Part shown: positions 20,414-31,875 of the stretch, one piece after another
How positions within the stretch are numbered: the stretch's first letter is position 1
Layout of the letters: each line of letters opens with the position of its first letter
Assembly: GCA_004563595.2 (NCBI GenBank)
Contig: CP042461.1
Span: forward strand, 60,001 to 92,000
Length of the DNA stretch: 32,000 bases
Source of the DNA: Candidatus Saccharimonadota bacterium
GTDB taxonomy: Bacteria; Patescibacteriota; Gracilibacteria; BD1-5; UBA6164
Direction of reading: 5' to 3'
Translations under genes and position numbers: made by a program
Notes under the pieces: generated by a model
Seen by the model: the letters and a program-made list of their open reading frames with translations, nothing else
Databases searched by the model: none
What the model was told of the DNA's origin: nothing

Positions 20414-21063
20414 AAATACATATTATATCTATATTTCCTGAAGCTTTTGAATCATACTTTTCTTCGAGTATTATTTGAAGAGCTATAAAAAACTGACTTA
20501 TGGATCCAGTTTTTTATAAGTTAGGAGACTTCTCGGATAAGAAATTTAAACATGTAGATGATAATGCTTATGGTATGCATGGGCAAGTGATATCTCCAGA
20601 ACCACTCTCATGAGCTTTAGAGTGAATTTTTTCTCAATTATGACACAGAGTACCAGTTGTATATTTAACTCCTGGATGAGAGCTCTTACAGCAAGAAAAA
20701 ATAGAAAATTATTATGACACTCTTTGATGAGAATTTATAATAATTTGCTGACACTATGAATGAATTGATCAAAGGATAATAGATTTGTATGTAACACATG
20801 AAGTTTCAATTTGAGAATACGTCTTATCAAGCTGAGAATTATCAGCTATGGTTTTTATTGATTCACTTGTGAGAAACATCCCGGGAGTTTTATGAAATAA
20901 AGATTCACTGGAGGAAGATAGTTTTTCGAAAAAATTTGATAGACAAAAAGAGTATCCTGTATATACTCGTCCGAGGGAATTTATGTGATTGGAGGTGCCA
21001 GAGGTACTTTTTTCTGGAAATCATAAAAAAATTGAAGAATGGAAAAAAAATAATTTAAAATAA
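20407..21063 (+). CDS. trmD: tRNA (guanine37-N1)-methyltransferase
   Basis: 218 aa. Overlaps the previous gene by 7 nt. Core reads [53 protein letters not shown], followed by YTRPREF. Confidence 0.92.
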
Positions 21064-21072
21064 TATATTAAT

Positions 21073-21597
21073 ATGAATGATTTATTAGGGCTCGAATTAG
21101 ATTTTTGAGAATATACAAAGATATTGTGGGAGGTGATAACTTTTGAAATATTTATCAAGTTTATGATTGTATATTTTTTTATTATTTGGATTGCGATACT
21201 TGTTTGGGTAATAAAAGATATTAATAACAGAACAAGTAGTATACTTTTGCAAATCGTTTCTATCCTCATTGTCTTGTTGCTTACCCCTTTTGGAGTATTT
21301 ATATATTTACTCATTCGTCCTGGGAAAACCCTTTTTGAGAAGTATTACGAAGAAATTGAGGAAAATCTTGATATGATTTCAGAATTTGTAGAAGATAAAA
21401 CAAAAGATTTAGAGGGAAGACATCATTGCCTACAATGTGAGACTCCAATCAGTCAAGATTTCAAATTTTGTCCAAATTGTAAGGTAAACCTAAAAATAGA
21501 GTGTAGAAGTTGTAAAAAAGAAATAATTGATGGATGGAAAATATGTCCATATTGTGGAGAAAAACAAAAGAAAAAACAAAAAAAGAGCGAAAAATAA
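21073..21597 (+). CDS. membrane protein with two N-terminal TM helices (PLD-N-like) and a C-terminal double zinc ribbon
   Basis: 174 aa from the ATG at 21073 (the track starts at an internal TTG at 21124). Four CxxC pairs: HCLQCETPISQDFKFCPNCKVNLKIECRSCKKEIIDGWKICPYCGEKQ. Confidence 0.75.
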
Positions 21598-21617
21598 TTT
21601 TTCGTTCTTTTTTTGAT

Positions 21618-21652
21618 CTTCCTTTCGTATGAAAGGAAGTGCCCTTCAGGGC
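21618..21652. terminator. tandem hairpins between convergent genes (possible bidirectional terminator)
   Basis: cttcctttc (21618-21626) pairs with gaaaggaag (21631-21639), and gccc (21641-21644) pairs with gggc (21649-21652). There is no canonical T-run after either stem, so the function is uncertain. Confidence 0.35.
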
Positions 21653-21672
21653 GATGGATTATAAAAGTTTTC

Positions 21673-22992
21673 TTATTTCTTAACTGCAGCTTTTTTTACT
21701 TCAAAGAAGCTATCAATAAGTTTTCTATATTTTACTCTTTGTTTGAGTTCTTCATAGTATTTATTTCCTGGAATATAGAGTTCTTCCAATCTTTTTAATA
21801 CATCTTTAGAACCAAATCTTGTAAGAATAGTTTTAATTTCTTCTTCCATTTCTGTGTCAGAAACTTCAAGTTTTTCAAGTTCAGCAAGTTTGTGAAGAAT
21901 AAGTTCTCCTTGTAATCTCTTTGTTGCTGTTGGTTTTACATTTGTTTCTTTATATTCTTCTTCTGATAGTTTAAGACTTTCTAAATAGTCAGATACTTTT
22001 ATATTTTGTTGACCTAAATTTTCTTTTATTTCAGTATATACTTTTTCTATTTGGGTTTTAAGTATTCCATCTCATAGATCAAGTTTTGTTACTTTTAGAA
22101 GTGCATCTATAAGTTGTGTTTCTTCTTCCATTCTTGCATTTGATTCTTTCGTATCAGTGATTTCTTCTTTGATAAGTTTTTTAAATCCATCAAGGTCAAG
22201 TTTTTGTCCTCTGAGTTGTTCTATAAATTCAGGAGTAAATTCTGGTTTTACTGCTTTTTCAAGTTTATTTATTGTTACTTTGAATTTTGTTTCTTTTCCT
22301 TTAAATGCATCGTTATGATAGTCTTTCGGAAATACTACATCAAGCTCTAATGAATCTCATAATTGAGCTCATACCATGTCTTCTTCAAAACCAGGAACCA
22401 GTACATTTGATCCAAGTACAATTGGGTAATCTTTCATAGATGTTGATTCAAGGGAAACTCCATTTTCAAACCCTTCAGTATCAATGGTAACTTTATCACC
22501 CATTTTTACTTTTGATTTCTTATCTGTTACTTCTTCAAATTTTGTAAATTTTGTTTCTATTTCTTCTAAAGATTTTTTTACTTCAGCAGCACTTACAGAA
22601 ATAGCTTTTTTAGTAAGTTTGATTTTTTTGTATTTTGCATCAATTTCAATTTCTGGAAGTACTTCTATATGAACTCTGATTTTAAGAGGGCTTTCTGAAA
22701 TAATTTCTTTTATTTCTGCTTGAGCAACAGGAACAACTTTTTCATTTCTGAGAGCTTCTCTATACATATTATCAATAGCAAAATCTATAGTTATTTTACT
22801 AATATAATCTTCTCCATATTGTCTAACTATGATATTTTCAGGTATTTTTGCTCCTTTTCTAAAACCCTTTATGTCAGCATTTTTTTCAATATGAGCTATT
22901 GCTTTTTTTCTATACTTCGCAATGTTTTTTGCATCTTCTTCTATGATGAGCTCCACTATTGATTTTGGAAGTAAATTTTTTTCTATTTTCAT
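21673..22992 (-). CDS. tig: trigger factor
   Basis: 439 aa. Track ORF 22369..22992(-) is the N-terminal 207 aa (IKGFRKGAKIPENII ribosome-binding motif). It continues through TGA codons (FEEDMVGAQLGDSLELDVVFPKDYH, FKBP-type PPIase region) to the TAA at 21673-21675. Confidence 0.92.
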
Positions 22993-23028
22993 ATAAATAA
23001 TTATAAATTAATAAATTGGGCCAGATTA

Positions 23029-23056
23029 TATATAAAAAACAGGAAATATCAATTTT
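23029..23056 (-). promoter_or_regulatory. sigma70-like promoter for tig (TTGATA-16-TATAAT on the minus strand)
   Basis: Reverse complement of 23051-23056 is ttgata and of 23029-23034 is tataat, with a 16-nt spacer. This sits about 35 nt upstream of the tig ATG at 22992. Confidence 0.5.
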
Positions 23057-23163
23057 TAATTCCGTAATTTGAGCTAAAAGGAAAAAACTGTATTATAAAT
23101 TTCTATTATAAATTCATTCTCAGTTATATCTCAATAAATCAAGATATAAGAATTTTATTCAGA

Positions 23164-24015
23164 CTAACTTTTCGGAGTTTTAGATGATTCAAGGAATCCT
23201 TCCTTAAGGAGTTCTTTCTTACGTGCACGAAAGTCTTGTTGTACCATTCAACACAACTCTGAACGTCATACTTTTATTATATCAGCTGGAGTAAAATTTT
23301 TACTTATCATTAATAATATGATTTTATCCATACTATCTGGTTTCATTCAAATTCATATAAGAGTATCGTATTGTTCTGGAAACAAGACTATTTGAGCAAA
23401 GGGCATTGTCACTAAACGAGCTCATAGTTCTTTTATCTCATCTGGAGTATACTCTCTTACAATCATAGTAAAATCTCCAATTGCCAAAGGTTTCTGGATG
23501 TTACATAAAGTTGATATTTTAGACAGATCCATTCATTCCTCCATCAAATTTTCCACTCCAATTGCCATAAGGTTTTCTTTCGATTTTGACATAGCTTTTT
23601 CAATGTGTCTCACTTTATCATATGAAATTTTTGATAGATAAGTTTGCCACTCCAGTCATAATTCATCATATACTTTTTTTCATAATATAATTTCTGATAT
23701 TGACATAGTAGCGAGTTTCACAAATCATTTTTTTTCTATTTCTTTATTTGAGATATTAGAAAAAATTAATTGTACTCTCTCAGCAGTAACATTTGGATGG
23801 TGAAAAAAATCTTCTCATGCAGCTTCTATGTCTTCAATCTCTAAATTAGAAAGAAAATATTCTTCTCAGAGCGCAATAAAAAGATCACGGGGAAATGTTT
23901 CACGTGCAAAAGTGAGTTGTCCCTGTTTAGGATCTAAAATATCATTACAAGCGCTGGAATACTCTTGAGTGAGAATTGGGTCCCAAGTTCCTGATTCAGA
24001 CTGCGTAGAGTCCAT
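23164..24015 (-). CDS. hypothetical cytoplasmic protein (283 aa)
   Basis: Open frame under table 25 from the ATG at 24015 to the TAG at 23164-23166 (852 nt). MDSTQSESGTWDPILTQEYSSACNDILDPKQGQLTF... No signal peptide, TM segment or motif that I recognise. Confidence 0.6.
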
Positions 24016-24129
24016 ACTTCAAGGAGTATTTATTGGCGTAGTTGACAAATGTAAAGATTTATAGTATAAGTTGTACTATAATACAATAAATAGTGGCGAA
24101 AGTCAAATTATGATTTCTCTGTAATTTAT

Positions 24130-25269
24130 TTAATAAGTTCACATTTCATAATCATAATTATCGGTATCAAAATTGTATTTATAGATGATTCCATAGTCAG
24201 AATATTGTTGAAAATCACGAGGAAGGAAGTTTATATATCAGTCATCAAATAGTCATTGAGCTGTAAGGGCAGGTCTTCATTCATGGTCTGTCTCGAATAT
24301 TTCATTTGCTTTTTCTATGTATGCTAAATTCAGTTCTCTTACAGCTTTATTTACATAATTGCTACATTTTGTGTCTGATAAATTAACTATTTCATCTTCT
24401 TCGAGAAACTTACCAAATGCTTGTTCCCTTGTCTCTCAAATAAATTTAATTAACTTTCCATCAAGAGGGATTTGTTGTGTTGTAAATACCTGTGATCAAA
24501 TATTTTCAAGTTGTCATGCAAAAATTGAACATACTTCATCTTCAATTTCAACATATTTTGCAATATTTAAAAACATGTAAAATGATTTTTCTCTATTTCA
24601 TCATTTCCCTTGCATTATTGCTGCCATAATTTTTGCTCAACCAATAGCTTCTTCATTCGCACTTGCTATTTTATAATAGAGAGAGGCTGTTTCAGGATCG
24701 TTATTATAAAAGTAGTATATGTAGGCAAGATAATATGGGAGGGTATATATTTTACATGGATTTTTATACGCATCTTCACGTAATTTATCTAAATTATCTT
24801 CTCATTTTATGAGTTTTATTTTTTCAGGGTCACAAAAATTCTTGACTCATTTAAGTCAGAGAGTAATTCCTTGATTTATATATTTTTGTTGTTCATCTTC
24901 GCTTAATTCCTCGTAACGTTCATTATAACTAGGGAGAAGCAGTTGTCAGATTATATAAGGATGTTCAAAATAAGGATTTAATTCTGTTATAAGATCTAGA
25001 ATAATAAAAAGAAATTCTTTGTAATCAGATGAGAGCGCATTTCAACCTATATATTGTATTGTTTCAAGCCAGTATAAATCTGCTCTTAAATTTTTAAATC
25101 AAAAAGATGTCTGAAGTGCGAGTTCTTTTGTTGGAAGACTATCTGGGTGTTGAATTAAATTTTCTTTAATTTCTTTATGTTTTTTGTAATTTAATTCATT
25201 TATTTCATAAAAACTTCATAAAATGACTATTATGAGTGGGAGAAGTAAAATTTTTTTCATTTTTTTCAT
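24130..25269 (-). CDS. hypothetical N-terminally anchored protein (379 aa), helical-repeat-like
   Basis: ATG at 25269 to TAA at 24130-24132 (1140 nt). MKKMKKILLLPLIIVILGSFY anchor. Also FKNLRADLYWLETIQYIGGNA and Y/E/L-rich helical segments (PETASLYYKIASANEEAIGGAKIMAAIMQGKGG). No family recognised. Confidence 0.65.
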
Positions 25270-25274
25270 TATAT

Positions 25275-25766
25275 TTAAATATCATCTCAGTCTATATCTA
25301 TACTGAGTTTTGCCCCTGGTTTACATATATATAACCTCCTTTCTTTATCTTCTCCAATACTCTTAGTAAAAAGAGAATCATCATTATGTTCTGAAACAAA
25401 TGAATGTATTTTTTTTCTGTCATATGCTGAGTAGTATGGGAGCATAATATCTTTCCCTGTATTCTTAACTTCTTCTATTTTTGTTTTTATAAATTGAAAT
25501 AATTTGTCATCTTTCGCTTGTCTATAATCATTAATCTCTAAATCGATTTTTACTTTTGAGTTATTTCTTTTTGAGATAAGGAGTCGTAATAGGTTTTGTA
25601 TAGCATCGAGGTTTTTTCAATGAGGTCATATGAGTAAACCTGATTCTTCAGACTGTATTTTTATTAAAAAAATACCAATCTTTTCTTCTTCAATTTCAAG
25701 AGAATCGATTTTTATATTGAGATTATTAAAAAAAATTTGAGAAAAATCTTTTATTGTATTCAACAT
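25275..25766 (-). CDS. jag: Jag/KhpB-like RNA-binding protein (KH + R3H domains)
   Basis: 163 aa. KH region reads SGLLIGPHGKNLDAIQNLLRLLI (GxxG). R3H region reads LPYYSAYDRKKIHSFVSEH. Ends 5 nt before the next gene's ATG. Confidence 0.75.
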
Positions 25767-25907
25767 AGCTGTACCGTTTATATTGTAAGTTTTATTGAGA
25801 TTACCAAGAAATATGTTTTTTACAAGTTTTTATATTTTTTTGACTTTTTGCAAAAAAAATATATCTTATGTCAAATATTTTCTTTATTTATTGAGTAACA
25901 TAACTAG

Positions 25908-28334
25908 ATGGCAGACAAAAAAATTGTTGACGATTATTATTCAACTGTGGCTTCTTGAGAAGGAAGTGACAGTTCTTCAGAGTGAGAAAAAAAAATAAAA
26001 ATTAAACCAAAGAGGAAAATTGTAATAAAAAAACCTACAGAGAAAGCTCCTATTTCGGATAAAGAAATAATAACTGTAGATAAATGAGAAAAAAAAGAAC
26101 TCAAAAAACCTTTTATAAAAAAGGCATATTCTTCAAAAAATGTAGTTCAAACAATGACGGTTGTTAAGAGAGAACCTATTAAAGTTGTAAGAAGATCGGA
26201 AAGAAAACCAACAGAGAATAAACCTTATGAAAAAAAGAATACTTCTTCATCTGCAGCTCCATTTAAAACTTCATGAACTTCTCAAAATACTGAAACATGA
26301 GAGAAAAAGAATGATTTTAAATGAAATAAATTTAAAAAAACTCATTTCAAGGCAGGTAAAACATGACCAAATGATAAGAAAGAAGAAGGGGATAAAAAAT
26401 CAACACTCTGAGGTGGTTATAAGAAAACAAGGTGAAGGTTTCAATACTGAAGAGAAAAAGAAGTCACTTTTACAAGATCAAATAAAATAGCAAAAAAGAA
26501 AAAAGAAGAAAAAAACATTGATGAAATTACACAAGATTTAGTTGATCGTAAGTGACAAATAGTAACTGTCTCTGATTTTTTAACTTTGAAAGAGTTTTCA
26601 GAAAAAATTTGAATCGTTTTGCCGAGACTCATGGCTGAGTTTATGAAAAATGGTATGATGGTAAATATTAATTCAAAAATTGATTTTGATTCTGCTTCTA
26701 TTGTAGCAGAATCTTTCGAGGTTATTATTGAAAGAGATAATTCAGAATGAGTAAAAGTTGAGGATATACTTGAGTGAAACTTATCTGAATTACTTTCTGA
26801 GGATGATGATTCAAAATTAAAACCACGTTCACCTGTTATAAGTATTATGTGACATGTTGATCATGGGAAGACTTCACTTTTAGATTATATTAGAGAATCT
26901 AAGGTTACAGCAGGTGAGGCTGGATGAATTACTCAAAGTATATGAGCATATCAAGTAAATCATGGAGATCATAAAATTACATTTTTAGATACTCCTTGAC
27001 ATGAAGCCTTTACAATTATGAGAGCAAGGTGAGCAAAATCTACGGATATTGCTATTTTAGTTGTAGCTGCTGATGAATGAGTAAAACCTCAAACAATAGA
27101 AAGTATTAATCATGCAAAAGAAGCAGATATTCCTGTGATAGTTGCTATTAATAAAATGGATAAAGAATGAGCAAATCCTGATCATGTAAAATGACAATTA
27201 GCAGAACATTGATTAACTCCAGAAGATTGGGGTGGAGATACTCCAATGGTACCAGTATCAGCGCATACATGATTTTGAATAGATGAACTTCTTGAAATTA
27301 TTCTTTTGGTAGCAGAAATGAAAGAGTTAAAAGCAAATCCTGATAGAGCATGAATTGCAACAGTGATTGAGGCACACCTTGATCATAAACTATGACCAGT
27401 TGCTACGGTTCTTATGAATGCATGAATACTTTCAAAATGAGATAATGTTGTATGTCATGACTCATTCTGAAAAATTAAAATACTGAAGGACTACGCTTCT
27501 AAAAATATTAAATCAGTATGACCATCTGAACCAGTGTTGATAGTTTGACTGGATAAGGTTGTAGAAGGATGAGCTATCTTACAAGTTGTTGAATCTCAAG
27601 AGTTAGCAAGAAAAAAAGCAACGGAATATAAGAGTATTATCTCAAACAGAAAAAAAGCAGGAGAATCAAGTTTAGATTTATTGATGTCAAAAATTAAAGC
27701 TTGAAATTTAAAACAATTAAAGATTGTATTAAAGGCTGATACCAATGGTGCACTTGAGGCTATTAAAGGAGCACTGACAAAATTATCAACTCCAGAAACA
27801 ACAGTATCAATTATTCATTCATGAGTGTGAACTATTACTGAAGGGGATATCTTGATGAGTGAATGAAGTCAGGCAATTCTTATCTGATTTAATGTTGGAT
27901 TACTTCCAAATGCAAAATCTCTTATCCAAAGCTCTTGAGTAGAACATCTTAATAGTAATATTATTTATCATATTACAGAGAGAATTGAGAAGATTGTAAG
28001 TTGAATGTTAGATCCAAGAGAGGTTGAAATTTCTCTTGGATATGCAAGAGTATGATGAATCTTCTTTACTGATAAAAAATTCATGGTTATTTGATTAAAA
28101 TTAAAAGAATTTAAAGATGATGGTGAATTAAATAAAATACAAAAATGAGCTAAAGTAAGAGTAATAAGAAAGAAAAAAATGATTTGAACATGAAAAATTG
28201 AATCATTAAAACAATGAATGCTAGATGTAAAAGAACTTGAATGACCAATCGAATGTTGAATTAAATTTGTATGAAATCTCAGGATAGAAGAATGAGATGA
28301 ATTAGAAATATATAAAATTGAAATACATAAATAA
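25908..28334 (+). CDS. infB: translation initiation factor IF-2
   Basis: 808 aa. SIMGHVDHGKTSLLD (Gly is the TGA at 26850-26852), EAGGITQSIGAY, DTPGHEAF (TGA at 26997-26999), RARGAKSTDIAILVVAADEGV, AINKMDK and SAHTGFGIDELL. Has a K-rich low-complexity N-terminus. Dozens of in-frame TGA codons. Confidence 0.97.
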
Positions 28335-28366
28335 AATAAAGCATTTTAATATTAATAAAATGAATT

Positions 28367-28795
28367 ATGTCTATGCTCGATAACATAAAAATACTTGAGA
28401 GTTTGAGTCTTCGAGAAAGAAATGACTTAAGCTTATTTTGTCAAAAAAAGTATTTAAAAAAGGGCGAAGTATTATTCTTTGAATGAGAAAGTGCGAGTGC
28501 AATGTATATTTTAGCTGATTGATCAATAGAAATCTCTAAAAAACATGATTGAGAAGATGTATTACTTTGAAATGTACATGCAGAAGAAATATTATGAGAA
28601 ATGGCTTTATTCTGAGAAAACTCAAAAAGAATGGCGACAGCTAAAGCTTTAGAAGATACAATTTTGATTACTATTTTATCGTTTTCTTTAGATGAGATTA
28701 TTCATAAATACCCTGATTTATTAGAAAAAATCAAGAATATTATTGAGGAGAGAATAGTAAATAATAAGATTACAGAGACAGCCTCGGAGTTATAA
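28367..28795 (+). CDS. stand-alone cyclic-nucleotide-binding domain protein (CAP effector domain, no HTH)
   Basis: 142 aa. LFFEGESASAMYILADGSIEI, then GEMALFGENSKRMATAKAL, which fits the phosphate-binding-cassette pattern GE.AL...R.A(T/S). Ends after the C-helix with no DNA-binding domain. Confidence 0.75.
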
Positions 28796-28898
28796 TTGCA
28801 AAGAGCGGAGAGTATTTTATATTAAAAGTAAAAAAGATTTGCATTAATATCATTTATGCATACACTTTTGGCACTTTTCTAATTTTAATTGACCATAT

Positions 28899-29129
28899 AT
28901 GTCAAATAAACAAGATAAAATTGAGGTAGAGTGAACATTGATTAAAGCTTTACCTGGCCTGGTTTTTGATATTCAATTACCAGAGGAGTTTTGATGATGA
29001 ATTATTCAATGATATTTAAGTTGAAAAATGAGAAATAATTTTATTAAACTTATTGAATGAGATAAGGTCCTAGTAGAATTAAGTCCATATGACTTAACAA
29101 AATGAAGAATCATTTTTAGAAAAAAATAA
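28899..29129 (+). CDS. infA: translation initiation factor IF-1
   Basis: 76 aa. KIEVEGTLIKALPGLVFDIQL...[38 protein letters not shown]. 8 of its 9 Gly codons are TGA, so it is completely absent from the track. Confidence 0.93.
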
Positions 29130-29170
29130 TTTATTTTTTGCTTTTTTAAAGCACCTAATTTTAAGTGAAC

Positions 29171-29287
29171 ATGAAAGTAAGAGCATCAGTTAAAAAAATT
29201 TGCAATCATTGTCAAACTGTAAAAAGAAGATGAATTGTTAGAGTTATATGTAAAGTTGATCCAAAGCATAAACAAAGACAAGGGTAA
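29171..29287 (+). CDS. rpmJ: ribosomal protein L36
   Basis: 38 aa: [38 protein letters not shown]. Confidence 0.93.
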
Positions 29288-29350
29288 TTCTTTGAGAACA
29301 ATGAGTGTTTAGATTAATAATCAATTATATTATATATTAATTATTTAGGA

Positions 29351-29719
29351 ATGGCAAGAATTGCTTGAGTAAATTTACCAAATTGAAAACATGCTGAAAT
29401 AGCATTAACATATATATATGGTATTGGAAAAACGGTTTCAAATGAAATCTTAGTAAAAGTTTGAATTGAAAAAACAAGAAAAATTGAAACTTTATCAGAA
29501 GATGAATTAGATCAAATCAGAGATGAGATTAAATCTGAATTCGTTGTTGAATGAGATCTGAGAAGATTGGTGGTAGGTAATATTAAAAGATTACAAGAAA
29601 TCAACTGTTATAGAGGACAAAGACATAGAAAGAGACTTCCTGTAAGAGGACAAAGTACAAAAACAAATGCAAAAACAAGAAAATGAAAATCTACAGCTGT
29701 AGCTGGAAAAAAGAAATAA
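29351..29719 (+). CDS. rpsM: ribosomal protein S13
   Basis: 122 aa. MARIAGVNLP (TGA at 29366-29368), [43 protein letters not shown]. Confidence 0.96.
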
Positions 29720-29748
29720 TATTTATACTTTAAATACTATAATAAATT

Positions 29749-30138
29749 ATGGCTAATACTGTAAAAAAAAGTAAAAAAACGAGGAACGTTATTCCTCACT
29801 GACAAGTACATATTCAAGCATCATTTAATAATACTATTATAAGTGTTACAGATGAAAAAGGGAATGTTCTTACTTGGGCTACAGGTGGAAGCGCTTGATT
29901 TAAGTGAGCAAGAGAATCAACTCCTTACGCTGCTCAAATTACTGCTGAACAAGCTGTAAAAAAAGCTAAAACTCTTCATTCTATTGAATCAGTTGATGTA
30001 TATGTAAAATGAATTGGTATTGGAAGAGAACAGGCAATTAGAGGTATTATATCTGGAGGTGTTGAATTAAAATCAATCTTTGATATTACTCCAATTCCAC
30101 ATAACGGATGTAGAAAAAAGAAAGTAAGAAAACTTTAA
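29749..30138 (+). CDS. rpsK: ribosomal protein S11
   Basis: 129 aa. [43 protein letters not shown]...[17 protein letters not shown]. Confidence 0.96.
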
Positions 30139-30210
30139 TATTATATATAAATTGCAATTGATGTTTCATTTGTAATTATAAGCTATTAATTATTAACTAT
30201 TAAGTAAGAC

Positions 30211-30834
30211 ATGAGGTATACTTGACCAAAGAAAAAACTTTGTAGAAGAGAGGGTGTCAACCTATTTGGTACGGAAAAATATGACCTAACTAAATGAAAG
30301 AGAGGGCCACTAAGAAGTAGAAAAACGAGTGAATACGGTTCTCAATTGAGAAAAAAACAATTAGCGAAAAGAATGTTTGGTTTATCTGAAAAACAATTTG
30401 CTTCTTATTTTACAAAAGCTCAAAAATCTAAAGCAGAGGGAACAACATGAGAAAAAATGTTGAGACTATTAGAATTAAGATTAGATAATGTTGTTTATAG
30501 GGCAAATTTTGCTAGAACAAGAATCCAATCAAGACAATTTGTTTCACATGCACATTTTACTGTTAATGGAGTTAAGGTTGATGTTCCTTCAATTTCTGTG
30601 AAAATATGAGATGTTATTGCTCTGAGAGATAAATTAAAAGAAAGTCCTTTATATAAAACTCTATTAGAAGAGTTAGAAGAATTTTCAAAACAAAATAAAG
30701 GAAAGGTTTCTTCTTGTAAGTGGATCGATGTTGATTCAAAAAAACTTACAATTACGATCAAGTCTCTCCCTACATTGGAAGATTTTGAACAAATAATTGA
30801 TATTCAAAAAATAGTAGAATTCTACTCTAAATAA
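30211..30834 (+). CDS. rpsD: ribosomal protein S4
   Basis: 207 aa. [20 protein letters not shown] (TGA at 30223-30225), YGSQLRKKQ, and the S4 domain [39 protein letters not shown]. Confidence 0.96.
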
Positions 30835-30864
30835 TTTTAATTATTTTCATAATCAAAAACAAAT

Positions 30865-31845
30865 ATGCATATTATTCATAATACAATAGGGGTTCCTAAA
30901 ATAACTCAAAAAGACGGAGATAATAATTCATCTTTATTTGCAGTTGGCCCATTACCAAAATGATACGGTGTTACATTAGGAAATTCACTCAGAAGAATAC
31001 TTCTTTCTTCTATACCGGGAACAAAAGTTACAGGAATAAAAGTTTCATGAGTAAATCATGAATATTCTACACTTCCTTGAATAAAAGATAGCATCATTGA
31101 TATCATACTAAACTTAAAAGATTTAGTATTAGAAAAAGAAGAAATTTGAGTTGTTTGGTTAAAACTTTCAAAATCAAAATCTGGAAAAGTAACGGCTGCT
31201 GATATAAAAGCACCTGCTTGAGTAGAAATCTTAAATAAAGATCTCTACATAACAGAAATTGATAAAGATGGGTTGGAATTAAATATTGATATAAGAGTTG
31301 AAAAAGGAGTTGGATATCTAACGGTTGAAGAACTTAAAGAAAAAGAAGAAGATGTTGAAGTGTTACTTGTTGATACAAACTTTTCTCCAGTATTAAATGT
31401 AAAATATAGTATTGAGCATGCAAGATTCTGAGACATAACGAACCTTGATTCTCTTGAGATGGAAGTAATTACAAATGGAGCAATATCTTCAGTTGAAGCA
31501 TTACAGTTCTCAGGAAATATGCTTACTTCATATTTTTCAATCTTTAATGAAGAATCACTTCAAGTTGAAGGGCAATTCATTAGTGATGTAAAAGACCTTA
31601 TAAATAAAGAAAAAGAAGAAGTACAAGAAGAATTAGAAAAAGAAACATATACTCCGATTGAAATAATGTGATTATCTCCACGTACATTAAATGCATTAAT
31701 AAATGGGAATATACTTTCTATAGAACAATTAACAAAATGTACTGAGACAAAGCTTTCTTCTATCAAATGATTTGGTAAAAAAGCTATGACTGAAATTAGA
31801 AATTCTCTTGCAGAAAGAGATTTAAAACTTTTAGGAGACGACTAA
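30865..31845 (+). CDS. rpoA: DNA-directed RNA polymerase alpha subunit
   Basis: 326 aa. [47 protein letters not shown], and a C-terminal HhH domain LSPRTLNALINGNILSIEQL...IKGFGKKAMTEI. Confidence 0.96.
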
Positions 31846-31875
31846 TATTAAATATTTATTTTTTAATAAAGTAAA

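Noticed and set aside
21021-21314. 97-aa minus-strand ORF, plus 30495-30761(-), 31245-31436(-) and 31560-31766(-)
   Set aside because: They are antisense to trmD and the zinc-ribbon gene, rpsD and rpoA respectively, and have no conserved features.
26227-26632. Track ORFs 26227-26490(+) and 26441-26632(-) in the infB N-terminal region
   Set aside because: They are out of frame with or antisense to IF-2, whose frame is continuous from 25908.
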